Below are positions 17,037 to 27,073 of a DNA stretch of 64,000 bases, piece by piece. Source of the stretch: Candidatus Thorarchaeota archaeon (GTDB lineage: Archaea; Asgardarchaeota; Thorarchaeia; Thorarchaeales; Thorarchaeaceae); assembly GCA_003345595.1 (NCBI GenBank), contig PRDI01000075.1, forward strand, positions 1 to 64,000. The letters are read 5' to 3'. A model generated the notes under the pieces. The model was not told where the DNA came from and ran no database searches. It saw only the letters and a program-made list of their open reading frames with translations. Positions within the stretch are counted from its first letter, which is position 1, and each line of letters starts with the position of its first letter. The position numbers and the translations under genes are program-made.

Positions 17037-18299
17037 ACGGACACTGAGTACTGGGCGCGTATCAGGGACGACTTCCCTGTCCTCAAGCGTACGGTCAATG
17101 GTCATCCACTGGTCTATCTAGACAGTGCATGCATGGCATTGAAACCCCGTCAGGTTCTTGAGGCGATGAACGAATACTACGAGCAATACCCTGCCTGTGC
17201 TGGCCGCAGTATCCACAAGTTAGGACAAGAGGCCTCAGCTGCCTATTCAAGAGCTAGGGAGAAGATTGCTCGATTCATCAATGCCAGTGAACCAGCTGAG
17301 TGTATCTGGACGCGAAACGCAACAGAGGCGCTCAACATGGTTGCAAGTGGTCTCAAGATTTCCAAGGGCTCGAAAATCCTGACGACTAGCCTAGAACACC
17401 ACAGTAGTTCGCTTCCTTTTGTGGAAAGAGCGAGAAGGAGCGGTATGAGGATTGAGGTCCTCAGGGCGCACAATGATGGGACTTTCGATATTGAAGACTG
17501 GAAGAAAGCCATTGACCGCACTACGAGAGTTGTTTCTGTTGCTCACTCTTCAAACGTCACTGGTACTGTCACACCCCTCAGGGACATAGTCGAGATTGCA
17601 CATGATCGAGGTGCATTGGTTGTTTCAGACGACGCCCAGTATGCTCCGCATCACCCACTTGATGTACAGAGCCTCGACATTGACTTCTCAGCCATCTCGG
17701 TACACAAAATGTGTGGCCCAACGGGAATGGGCATTCTCTACGGAAAAATGGAACTACTAGAGTCATTGAACATGTTCCTTGTCGGTGGCGATACCGTCAG
17801 CGATGTGAGGTTTGAGAAGGGCCGCATACTGCCCCAATATCTGCCGCCACCGGCAAAGTTTGAGGCTGGACTGCAGAACTATGCAGGTGCTATAGGTGCC
17901 GGCGCGGCCGCAGAATACCTTCAATCGATTGGCATGATCGAAGTCGAAAAACGAGAGCGGGAACTTCTGACAATCATGCTCAAGGGCTTGAAGGAACTGG
18001 AACACGTCAATGTGCTTGGGCCTGAGGATGTCAGGGTTCGAAGTGGGCTCGTGACATTCTATGTGGACACAGTCACATCAGCACATGACATCGCATCTTT
18101 CTTGAGCGACGAGTATGGAGTGATGATAAGGAGCGGGTTCCATTGTGCAGGGCCTTTTCACTACCAGCTGGGAATCCCTCCCGCAAGAGGGACTGCACGG
18201 GCTTCAATATACATCTATAACAACGAAGCAGAAGTCAGTAGGCTCCTAGAAGGTCTTCATGCACTGATTGTTACAAGCTCACAGGAAGAAACTCACTGA
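17037..18299 (+). CDS. sufS: Group II (SufS-type) cysteine desulfurase; true N-terminus lies upstream of the first in-frame ATG
   Basis: IRDDFPVL..NGHPLVYLDSAC in frame upstream of ATG 17133; SVHKMCGP; RSGFHCA; start codon uncertain (ACG 17037?). Confidence 0.85.
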   Translation, partial: TDTEYWARIRDDFPVLKRTVNGHPLVYLDSACMALKPRQVLEAMNEYYEQYPACAGRSIHKLGQEASAAYSRAREKIARFINASEPAECIWTRNATEALNMVASGLKISKGSKILTTSLEHHSSSLPFVERARRSGMRIEVLRAHNDGTFDIEDWKKAIDRTTRVVSVAHSSNVTGTVTPLRDIVEIAHDRGALVVSDDAQYAPHHPLDVQSLDIDFSAISVHKMCGPTGMGILYGKMELLESLNMFLVGGDTVSDVRFEKGRILPQYLPPPAKFEAGLQNYAGAIGAGAAAEYLQSIGMIEVEKRERELLTIMLKGLKELEHVNVLGPEDVRVRSGLVTFYVDTVTSAHDIASFLSDEYGVMIRSGFHCAGPFHYQLGIPPARGTARASIYIYNNEAEVSRLLEGLHALIVTSSQEETH

Positions 18300-18353
18300 G
18301 GACGCGAAACTTGGAACTGAGCTGGTCCGGAACCTCTTGTTCGTTGCCTGTAT

Positions 18354-20147
18354 TCAGCCGACGAGTTTGGTGACACTCTCTCTCAGGCGTTTGGCTTCTT
18401 CCATCGGATCGACGAGAATCAACTCGTTCGCCGATATCTCTAGTGCCTCTCTGAATTTCACGACGCGCCCGCGTACTGCGACATACCTACCAAGCACTTT
18501 GTCAGAGTTCTTTTCAATTGGCAGTGTCTTGTTACCTGACTTGACTATCAGTTCTTGAGCTTCCTGAGCTGTCATCTGGAGAAGGTCTTCTCCAGTCTTC
18601 CCAAAGAGTGTCACACGTATCGATCCCGACCCATCGTCAACAGTAACCTTGTATAGCATACGGTACTCGGGTTTCTCGACTTTGCCACAGTTCACACAGA
18701 AGTACTTTCCCTCTTTCTCCTCAATCTTTTTCCTACACTTCGGACACGAGGCGTAGACTGGGCTTGTACGGGACGGCACGACAATAATACCACAGATCTC
18801 AACGGTCTTTCCCTCCCCAGCATCATCAATATCACTTACCATGACTCTTCCTGCTTGGACAACGGGTCTTGCTGTTATCTCGGAGAGGTCCAGCTGATCA
18901 AGATGTGTGTCACTAGGATTGATTTGTATGTCGGACCGACGCCCTGCATGATACTCGACTCCACCGCGGAAGCCCTCCTTCGCGTAGCCGTGTTGTATCC
19001 GGATGACATCACCCTCTTGCAGGTCCTTTACCTTCTCGACATCTTCATTCCAGAACGTGACACGGACAGTCCCTGACTCGTCACCAATCACTATGTTCTG
19101 AACCTTGCCCTGCTTTCCTTCTCTCTCAAAGGATGTGGGCGGGAAGACTTTGGCAACTTTTCCCTCTACGTCTACGTCTTTCATCTCCACAGACAGGTCT
19201 ACGATGCTCTTCCTACCCATCGCCTCAGCCACAGACTTGGTTCCTGCCGCCTTTGCAGGAGCTTTTGCCGCAGATATCTTCTGCTTTAGGCCTCTCTCTA
19301 TCTTGGTACTTCTCCCGGTATGAACCTCTATCTCGCCGTTTCGCCCTGTCTTCGTATAGGCCCTACTGAGTCTTATGACTTCTCCCGGCTTTGCGTCTTT
19401 CATCTCTTCCGCATACTGATGCCAGAAGACAACCCTGACGCTACCTGTATCATCGGTCAGCGTAGCATTTGCAACCTTCCCCTCTGCTCCATCAGACTTC
19501 CGAGTGAATGTAGATATACCATAGAGCGCGTCCAGTCGTGCAGTCAGGGTCACATCAAACATTCTGTCTTGAAGATCCGATATCTGGACGCTCTTTGACT
19601 CAGTCGTCTTGATGTCCAAGTCCGCTGCTTCGTATTCGTCTAGTACCGTAATCCCTCCCATTCTGCCCAAGTTCAACTCAAGGGCATCTCTTAGTCCCTT
19701 CTTCACGTACGCTCCTCTGATCTGGACTACGCTCCCAATAGCTATCGGGCCATCCTCTATCGCATCTACCATTTCATCCCAGAGCGCGACTCTAATCTGG
19801 CCAGTTTCGTCGGCCACAATGATGCTCGCTACTTTCCCTTCGCCTCCACTAGGCTTCGAGAAGGTTCGTAAGGCTCCAACGTTGACAACCTTAGCAGTGA
19901 GCGTTACGCTCCTGCTGCTCTCGGTTATGTCTTCCACCCTCATTCGCGCCTTAGGCGAAACCTGCTGTAGGTCAATCCCAAGCTCCCGGGCCACAATCAT
20001 TGCAGCTGATTCCTCATTGACGACCTCCGGACCAAGTTCCTCTCGCTTTTCGTCAATCAGTTTTAAAATGCCTTTGCGGTCGTACTCCGTGGAATGCTTC
20101 AGAATCAACTCAATGGTTTCTTCAAGTGTAAGCACGGTCAATTCCAT
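18354..20147 (-). CDS. rpa: Replication protein A, multi-OB-fold with zinc finger
   Basis: Repeated D.TG..RV..W OB folds; CPKC…CVNC; DDGSGSIRVTLF. Confidence 0.92.
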   Translation of the reverse strand: MELTVLTLEETIELILKHSTEYDRKGILKLIDEKREELGPEVVNEESAAMIVARELGIDLQQVSPKARMRVEDITESSRSVTLTAKVVNVGALRTFSKPSGGEGKVASIIVADETGQIRVALWDEMVDAIEDGPIAIGSVVQIRGAYVKKGLRDALELNLGRMGGITVLDEYEAADLDIKTTESKSVQISDLQDRMFDVTLTARLDALYGISTFTRKSDGAEGKVANATLTDDTGSVRVVFWHQYAEEMKDAKPGEVIRLSRAYTKTGRNGEIEVHTGRSTKIERGLKQKISAAKAPAKAAGTKSVAEAMGRKSIVDLSVEMKDVDVEGKVAKVFPPTSFEREGKQGKVQNIVIGDESGTVRVTFWNEDVEKVKDLQEGDVIRIQHGYAKEGFRGGVEYHAGRRSDIQINPSDTHLDQLDLSEITARPVVQAGRVMVSDIDDAGEGKTVEICGIIVVPSRTSPVYASCPKCRKKIEEKEGKYFCVNCGKVEKPEYRMLYKVTVDDGSGSIRVTLFGKTGEDLLQMTAQEAQELIVKSGNKTLPIEKNSDKVLGRYVAVRGRVVKFREALEISANELILVDPMEEAKRLRESVTKLVG

Positions 20148-20297
20148 CCTAGTCTTGAGTGCCGGATGCAGAATAGTCTTTTTGCACGCCTTTAAAGGGC
20201 TCTTCTCAGAATCCGAGCTTCTCTCAGACGCCTACAATCGCAGGAGCCTGAGCGAAAACACAAAAAGCCAACGCTCAGTGGCATTCCATGATATCCA

Positions 20298-23200
20298 GTG
20301 AGTGATTCCGAGCCTAGTCTGCCAAAACACAGTGTGAGCTATGGAGAGTACTTCTCGTCTATCAAGACAGACGTAGAACGTATCTACGAGGTCGCTGAAC
20401 GCGCGAGAGCCAAAGGCTTCGATCCGGTGACTAAGGTCGAGATACCTCCGGCACATGATGTGGCAGCAAGGGTGGAGGCCACTCTTGATGGCCCCGTTGG
20501 AGTAGCCAAAAGAATCCGTGAACTCCAACAGACCTTCTCTAGGGAGGAAGTGGCTTTTGCAGTCGCTAGGGAGATAGCGACTGGAGATCTTGGAGGGATC
20601 TCAGATCGTGAGAAGGCCGCAGACAAGGCAGTACGTGTCGCATTGGCAGTCATGACGGAGAGTATCACTGCAGCACCCTTGGAAGGCATTGCCAAGGTTC
20701 GGATACGTGGTTCAGGAGAGGGCGAGTATCTGGCGCTCTATCTTGCTGGCCCGATTCGTGCTGCTGGAGGCACGGACGCCGCTATGACCGTGCTTGTCAC
20801 AGATCAGGTACGGCAAGTATTGCACATTCCAGCATTCAAGACAACTGATGACGAAGTGGAACGAGCAGTTGAGGAGGTCGAGCTGTACTCCCGTGCGTCA
20901 CACTTGCAATACCCGGTGTACCCAGACCTGATCAGGTTTGCAGCAGCGAGACTACCCATAATGCTGACTGGTGAGCCGACTGAAGAGTATGAAGTCTCAG
21001 GTGGCCGCGACCTTGACCGTATCGAAACCAATAGGGTCAGGAGTGGTTTTGTTCTCGTCCTAAGTGACGGGGTTGTCGGCCGGTCTGCGAAGCTTGCAAA
21101 GATGGTGAGCAAGGTCAATGTTCCTGGGTGGGAGTGGCTTAGCGAGATTGCTGCCAAGACATCGAAGGCCAAGTCTCCAGAGGCAGATGAGTCTGCTCTC
21201 AAGAAGCTTGCACCGAAACCCGAATACTTGGCCGATGTGATAGGCGGAAGGCCTGTGTTCTCTCACCCATCTCGTATTGGTGGTTTCAGGCTCAGGTACG
21301 GTCGGTCACGCAACACCGGCCTGGCGGGTGTCGGCATCAGTCCTGCCACGATGTTCCTAGTCGACGAGTTTCTAGCCCCCGGAACTCACATTCGTACAGA
21401 GCGACCGGGCAAGGGGGCAATTGTAGCTCCTGTAGACACTATCGAGGGACCGATAGTCCTGCTCAGAGATGGCTCAGTGAAACAGGTCAACACTGCTGAG
21501 GAAGCTCAAAGGCTCGAAGGAAAAGTGGAACGTATCATCTTTCTGGGCGATATCTTGGTGGCGCTGGGTGAGTTCCTGGAGAACAATCACCCACTGGTAC
21601 CCTCCGGATACTGCGAAGAGTGGTGGTCACACGACCTTGACAAGGCTTGCTCTCGTCTGAGTGCAAAGCATGTTGACAAGCATCTGTCCGACTCCGGAAT
21701 CACACACGATGATCTCAAGGCCTTCATCGAGTCTCCACTCTCCAAGATTCCAACACCAACTCAAGCACTACGTCTTTCAGAGCATTTTCAAGTGCCATTA
21801 CACCCAAGGTACTTGTACCGATGGGCGGTTCTCAATGCAGCAGAGGTTTCCGAACTGAGGACATGGCTTCTGTCCAAGTACAAGACAGAACAGACTCCTG
21901 AAGGCGAAACTCTTACAGTCCCAAGTGATCCGCACTACAAGGGCCTCCTAGAACGACTTGGCGTTCCTCACATTGTGAGCCGCGACAAGACGTACATCAC
22001 TCTTACTGACAGTCCCGAAACTGTCCTTGTGCAGTTGGGCTCTAGAAGCAAGTCGCTCAGTGGTACAGATCCTCTTCAGATGCTTAACTCTGTCACAAGC
22101 GTGCCGCTCAGAGACAAAGCAGGTTTCTTCATAGGAGCAAGAATGGGTCGGCCCGAGAAGGCTGAGGAGCGGAAGATGCACCCTCCAGTCCAAGTCCTCT
22201 TTCCTGTGGGTCGGACTACCGCAAGTGAGAGGAGATTGGAGAGAGTTGCCAAGACCACACAAGCCGTTTCCATTCTCTCATCTTTTGATGATCTGACAGA
22301 CGGACAGTCAAGCTATGCTGAAACATATGGGCCAGACATTGAAATGGTATCACGCGTGTGCCCTGAATGCCAAACCCTGACATTCGAGTCACGTTGCCCC
22401 AAGTGTCTGGTACACACCGAAGTGAGCCGATGGTGTTCTCAGGACGGTTGCGGTCGTCCAATAGATGCGAACACCGGGATGTGTCCTCTGAGCCACGACG
22501 TGAACATGGTCCGGGCCACAAGAAGGTATGTTGTTGACATTCAGATGCTTCTTGATCGCATAAAGACCGAGATCGGTGAATCACAGGCCTACAATCCACG
22601 AGGCGTGCTTGGATTGACGAATGAGTTCAAGATCCCTGAATACGCTGGGAAGGGTATGCTCCGCGCCAAGCACGACGTATACTGCTATCGAGATGGTACT
22701 GCGCGGTTTGACTCGACAGACGCTCCCCTGACTCACTTCTTCCCTCGTGAAGTAGGCGTTTCAGTCGAACGTCTACGTGACCTGGGCTATCGCACTGATT
22801 ACAATGGCAGCCCTCTTGTTTCAGACGACCAAATCGTGGAACTCAAGGTGCAAGACCTAGTTGTATCGGAGAACTGTGCTGAGTATCTGTTCAGAGTAGG
22901 ATGTTTTGTCGATGACTGCCTTGAGAGAGTATATGGACTGGAGCCGTTCTACAAGTTCGAAACGCAAGATGATGTCTTGGGGCAGCTCGTCATAGGGCTC
23001 GCGCCACACACGTCGGCAGGGATAATCGGTAGGATCATCGGTTTCACCGATGCGAGTGTCTGTTATGCGCATCCATACTGGCATGCCGCCAAGAGAAGAA
23101 ACTGTGATGGCGATGAAGATGCAGTGATGCTAGTCTTGGAAGCTCTTCTCAACTTCTCAAGAGCCTATCTTCCTGCAGGTAGAGGGGGTTTCATGGATGC

Positions 23201-23846
23201 GCCACTTGTCCTCTCGGTTATCCTTAACCCCTCTGAGGTAGACGCCGAAGCGCACAACATGGATGTGTGCAGACGCTATCCTGCACAATTCTTTGAGATG
23301 GCTGCTGAGGCTCGTCACCCCAAGGAAGTCGAACGCCTAGTTGACATTGTGGCATCTAGGTTGAACACAGAGAACCAGTATGAGGGATTCGGTTTTACTC
23401 ATGGGACTTCTTTGATTGATGCAGGTCCGCGTAATACAAGGTACAAGACCTTGGGCAGTATGGAAGAGAAGCTGGATGCTCAACTCCGACTGGCTGGCAT
23501 AATCGATGCAGTAGATGCAAAAGACGTCGCTGAGCGTGTCCTATCGCATCATTTCATTCGTGACATTAGAGGAAACCTGAGAGCCTACTCCACTCAGAAG
23601 ATTCAGTGCATAAGGTGTCACAGAATCTATCGCAGAGTCCCGCTATCTGGAAGGTGTGATTGTGGTTCCAAGCTCTCGCTGACAGTCAGACGCAAGAACA
23701 TCTCAAAGTATCTTGCCATAGCTCAGAGAGTGATTGACGAACATGGCCTTGGCCAGTATCTGAAGGATGGGCTAAGGTTGATCAACTCTGCTATGGACTC
23801 CCTCTTTCAGTCTGAGCAGACTTCTCTGACAGACTTTGTAGACTGA
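20298..23846 (+). CDS. polC: DNA polymerase D large subunit DP2
   Basis: GFRLRYGRSRNTG, AKRRNCDGDED, GGFMDAPL; C-terminal PIP-like QTSLTDF; no intein evident. Confidence 0.98.
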   Translation: MSDSEPSLPKHSVSYGEYFSSIKTDVERIYEVAERARAKGFDPVTKVEIPPAHDVAARVEATLDGPVGVAKRIRELQQTFSREEVAFAVAREIATGDLGGISDREKAADKAVRVALAVMTESITAAPLEGIAKVRIRGSGEGEYLALYLAGPIRAAGGTDAAMTVLVTDQVRQVLHIPAFKTTDDEVERAVEEVELYSRASHLQYPVYPDLIRFAAARLPIMLTGEPTEEYEVSGGRDLDRIETNRVRSGFVLVLSDGVVGRSAKLAKMVSKVNVPGWEWLSEIAAKTSKAKSPEADESALKKLAPKPEYLADVIGGRPVFSHPSRIGGFRLRYGRSRNTGLAGVGISPATMFLVDEFLAPGTHIRTERPGKGAIVAPVDTIEGPIVLLRDGSVKQVNTAEEAQRLEGKVERIIFLGDILVALGEFLENNHPLVPSGYCEEWWSHDLDKACSRLSAKHVDKHLSDSGITHDDLKAFIESPLSKIPTPTQALRLSEHFQVPLHPRYLYRWAVLNAAEVSELRTWLLSKYKTEQTPEGETLTVPSDPHYKGLLERLGVPHIVSRDKTYITLTDSPETVLVQLGSRSKSLSGTDPLQMLNSVTSVPLRDKAGFFIGARMGRPEKAEERKMHPPVQVLFPVGRTTASERRLERVAKTTQAVSILSSFDDLTDGQSSYAETYGPDIEMVSRVCPECQTLTFESRCPKCLVHTEVSRWCSQDGCGRPIDANTGMCPLSHDVNMVRATRRYVVDIQMLLDRIKTEIGESQAYNPRGVLGLTNEFKIPEYAGKGMLRAKHDVYCYRDGTARFDSTDAPLTHFFPREVGVSVERLRDLGYRTDYNGSPLVSDDQIVELKVQDLVVSENCAEYLFRVGCFVDDCLERVYGLEPFYKFETQDDVLGQLVIGLAPHTSAGIIGRIIGFTDASVCYAHPYWHAAKRRNCDGDEDAVMLVLEALLNFSRAYLPAGRGGFMDAPLVLSVILNPSEVDAEAHNMDVCRRYPAQFFEMAAEARHPKEVERLVDIVASRLNTENQYEGFGFTHGTSLIDAGPRNTRYKTLGSMEEKLDAQLRLAGIIDAVDAKDVAERVLSHHFIRDIRGNLRAYSTQKIQCIRCHRIYRRVPLSGRCDCGSKLSLTVRRKNISKYLAIAQRVIDEHGLGQYLKDGLRLINSAMDSLFQSEQTSLTDFVD

Positions 23847-23868
23847 AATCATCCAGTCGCAGAGTCCT

Positions 23869-24750
23869 TTACTCTCGCTTCTCTGCCCTTGGACTCGGAG
23901 CAAGACGTTTGGCAACCAATTTGAGGAGGTCCTGGTCTTCAATCATGCCGACGAGAGCACCTGCGGCAGACAGGACGGGTGCCTGATCAATCTCACTCTT
24001 CCTTAGCGTCTTCACGCAATCTGAAACAGTGGCGACCTCACTCACACTGATCAGGTTCTTGGTCATCACTTGACTGACCGGCACGTTTGGAAGCTTCAGG
24101 AGTTTCTTGGTCACCAATAGGAAGTCCTTGGAAGTCCAACCCCACTCCACCGAGGATTCGGTCCCACTGTAAGTCTTGGAGACATTGTCTTCATGCGTTT
24201 CTTCTGAGAGGCGGATGTAGTCACTGACAGACATCATCCCTGTCACTCCGCCTATTTCGTTGACAATCACCACAGCAGTCTTGTGCGCCATCTCCATGAT
24301 CATGAATGTGAGGGGCAGCGGGGTTTCTTCCCAAATCGCAGTCACACTTCTATTCACATGGTCTGCGATACTCGCGGACTGGAAATGCTTGTCCTCCTCC
24401 AGCACTGCTCCAAGAATATCCGGAACCGACACGATGCCAACCAAGTCCCCGCTTTTCACGACCGGTACTCTTCTGAAACCCCTATCGAGCATGAGGTCGA
24501 CGACTTTCCTAGCATCAGTTTCCGGTGTGACTGTGACAGGGTCCCTGACCATCAGCAAGGCCAGCTGATTCTCATCTGGTTTCCGAAGCAGGTCGTGCCT
24601 CGTAATCATTCCTACTAGGGTCTTTGTACCCTTCTTACAGACCGGAAAACCACTGATCTGAGTTTCAGCCATCAGCTGTAGCACATCTTCTCTCGTACCC
24701 GGCACTGTAACGTACCGAACATCTGATTGCATGAATTCAGATACCTTCAT
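23869..24750 (-). CDS. Tandem CBS-domain protein
   Basis: Four CBS repeats (SGFPV..VGMIT..DLL; RRVPVV..VGIVS..DIL). Confidence 0.88.
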   Translation of the reverse strand: MKVSEFMQSDVRYVTVPGTREDVLQLMAETQISGFPVCKKGTKTLVGMITRHDLLRKPDENQLALLMVRDPVTVTPETDARKVVDLMLDRGFRRVPVVKSGDLVGIVSVPDILGAVLEEDKHFQSASIADHVNRSVTAIWEETPLPLTFMIMEMAHKTAVVIVNEIGGVTGMMSVSDYIRLSEETHEDNVSKTYSGTESSVEWGWTSKDFLLVTKKLLKLPNVPVSQVMTKNLISVSEVATVSDCVKTLRKSEIDQAPVLSAAGALVGMIEDQDLLKLVAKRLAPSPRAEKRE

Positions 24751-24945
24751 TGTTGAAGCAACTCCGGTATGGGATAGAAGGGCGGCGGATTCTAGCACAC
24801 ATGCCATACAGGCAATTGTGGTGGCATCTGAGCCAGAACAAGACTAAGGTCCTGTCTTACCTTTTATGTCTATCTTTTGGAGGGCGTAGTGAGCCGATCA
24901 CTCGCATCATGCTCCTGTGAATGTTGTGGCTGGTTGCTACTCATG

Positions 24946-25506
24946 CTACCAAGGATGGTCCTTGAGGCCCAGAAGGTAGCCAAGAGCGTTACTCAGCCAG
25001 TGCACGAAGAGAGTTGTCAGTATCAGAACAATAGCATATTGTGAAGCCGGATGCAGAAATGGCGACGCTATAATCAGGGCCACGATTATGAAGCCCAGCT
25101 GGTCGAGTATGGGTGACGGGTCTCCGCTCCTTATGCCTGCTCGTCTCTTGGAGAATGATCCGAGGAGATCACCAGTCAGTGCTCCCAAGGATAGCAGGAA
25201 TGCGGAAGGCAGCGTCATGAACAGGACAACTTCCATATCTGGTGTTACTGTAACAAACATGCTGAGCAAAGGGCGCAAGTATGGGGCAACAATGGTCTGA
25301 GCCGCACCCACCAGAGTGCCACAGATGACACCTAGTACAAATCCTCTGATCGTCTTGCTGTTACCAAAGAGTCTGTGTCCATCTCGTAGGACAAGTCCCC
25401 TGTCTATTGGGGCACCTCCACCAAGGATGACAGGTGTGGAGTTCGCTACCCATGCAGGTAGGCCCAACCATACAGCGAGTTCGAGAAGAGCCAGTGCTTC
25501 ATACAT
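24946..25506 (-). CDS. carS: CDP-archaeol synthase
   Basis: PAWVANSTPV..PID, G..KT.RG, GDLLGSFSKRR, LDQLGF, LGLK..PW. Confidence 0.92.
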   Translation of the reverse strand: MYEALALLELAVWLGLPAWVANSTPVILGGGAPIDRGLVLRDGHRLFGNSKTIRGFVLGVICGTLVGAAQTIVAPYLRPLLSMFVTVTPDMEVVLFMTLPSAFLLSLGALTGDLLGSFSKRRAGIRSGDPSPILDQLGFIIVALIIASPFLHPASQYAIVLILTTLFVHWLSNALGYLLGLKDHPW

Positions 25507-26248
25507 CTGGGGTGCTTCCTTGCTGAGTCCTCTCCTCAGACCATTTACCTGTTTCTGCTGGCTCAGGAGTTGAAGACAAGCCTCTCCGAGTAAGATACAG
25601 CACAGCGGTCTTCCTATCACCTTCAGGTCTCGTTCTTTCGATAAATCTCTGTGCCCGAGATTGTCCTATACGCATCTGCATTACATAGTCCGCCCAATAG
25701 TCCAAGATGTTTTTGGCAACAGGCTCAAAGGCGCTGTAGTCACCCGGCACGCCTCGTACTTGGTTGAGAACCAAGACCGCCATGTCACCCAGTCTTGCAA
25801 GCCCCTTCAAGAAGCCTGTCTGCCTGTTCAATTCTCGATGGGCGACATAGTTTGTGGCCTTGTCCTCTAGCACACTCCTATACAATCGAGTGAGAGTATC
25901 AACCACCACGAGTCTAGTTCCCTCTCTCGCATAGAGCTCAAGATCATCTATTATTGCGCCCTGTTCATCAAAGCTCTTTGGTATGAGAATTCTGACCATG
26001 TCCTCAATCTGGCTGAACCTCTTGTCAATAATCTGCTCAAGTCTCTCTATTGGCGAAGAACTCTCTGAGTTGACATACACAGTCCGGACGCCAATCCTAC
26101 AAGCGGAGTTCACAAACTGAAGGCCTAGGGTGGTCTTGCCAGAAGCGGCCTCACCGTACACATGTGTAATTGTTCCTGTGTGCAGGCCGCCGTCTAGGAC
26201 TCGGTCCAAGGGCAAAATGCCTGACGGAACAGTAAGTCCGCGTTTCAC
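25499..26248 (-). CDS. radB: RadB-like RecA-family ATPase
   Basis: LDGGL..G.ITHVYGEAASGKT, VVVDT...LYR, LNQV. Confidence 0.85.
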   Translation of the reverse strand: MKRGLTVPSGILPLDRVLDGGLHTGTITHVYGEAASGKTTLGLQFVNSACRIGVRTVYVNSESSSPIERLEQIIDKRFSQIEDMVRILIPKSFDEQGAIIDDLELYAREGTRLVVVDTLTRLYRSVLEDKATNYVAHRELNRQTGFLKGLARLGDMAVLVLNQVRGVPGDYSAFEPVAKNILDYWADYVMQMRIGQSRAQRFIERTRPEGDRKTAVLYLTRRGLSSTPEPAETGKWSEERTQQGSTPDV

Positions 26249-26302
26249 TACTCTTGTTTCGTACCAGATGAGTCATAAGCATAACGGGCGACTGACTGAC
26301 CA

Positions 26303-27073
26303 ATGGCGCAGAATGAGATTGCCATCGCTACTCGTGACCCAAAGGCCCTCTATCACGCTGTGAAGATACTCAAGGGGCTGAAGATTGGCTTCACAATATG
26401 CGCCCCTAACGACTTTGAGTGTGATATTGCAAAGGTCGTCATAACGACTGAGGCTGAGGAACCACAGAACCAGGATACACGAACCGTTTTAGTCGGGACT
26501 GATCCGGATCCAGATTCAGTTGCGATTGACATCATGGTCCGGCTCCTCGAGATTCATAACCCTGCATGTATCATCATCGGCATCGATCCTGGTATGCGAA
26601 ACGGACTGGCGTTAGTGATTGACGGGAAGTCTGTGCACACGAGGAACTCATCTTCACCAATTGACGCTGTTCAACGCACTCTGAGCTGGATTGACCATGT
26701 CAGGCAGCTGTACCACGACAGTGTGATCATAGTCCGGGTCGGAACTGGCTCTCCTCTTTATTCTGCTCTCTATCTACGTGGAATCCTCGGCAGAGGCAAT
26801 GTGTCCGCGGTGGAACTCGTGAATGAACACCATACGACGCTCGCTGGTTCGCTACATTCCGACCAATCTTCTGCGTCTATGATTGCAGCTCGTCACGGAC
26901 GTGCTCCCAGTGAGTCAGATGTCACAATTGAGCCAAAGGATGGTCACGTTAGGTCCTTGAAACGGCTTGTCGCTCGAATCACTGATGGCAGACGGTCTTT
27001 GACAACGGAAGAGGCGCAGTCAATCCTAGTTGGGACATCATCACTCGAGAGCATCATAAACGGAGTCGCCTAG
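26303..27073 (+). CDS. Hypothetical protein with RNase H-like (YqgF/RuvC-type) domain
   Basis: IIGIDPG...GLA; VNE..TT; D..SA..IA. Confidence 0.7.
   Translation: MAQNEIAIATRDPKALYHAVKILKGLKIGFTICAPNDFECDIAKVVITTEAEEPQNQDTRTVLVGTDPDPDSVAIDIMVRLLEIHNPACIIIGIDPGMRNGLALVIDGKSVHTRNSSSPIDAVQRTLSWIDHVRQLYHDSVIIVRVGTGSPLYSALYLRGILGRGNVSAVELVNEHHTTLAGSLHSDQSSASMIAARHGRAPSESDVTIEPKDGHVRSLKRLVARITDGRRSLTTEEAQSILVGTSSLESIINGVA

Noticed and set aside
17029-17061. BHB mRNA intron as a way to join ATG 17029 to the sufS frame
   Set aside because: No bulge-helix-bulge pairing could be built in this short interval
19609-20301. 230-aa antisense ORF and the many similar Ser/Thr-rich antisense ORFs across the window
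   Set aside because: Expected shadows of conserved genes on the other strand
20298-23846. Inteins in DP2 (also checked lhr, topA, radB)
   Set aside because: Lengths are normal; no C/S…HN splice junctions or LAGLIDADG motifs seen
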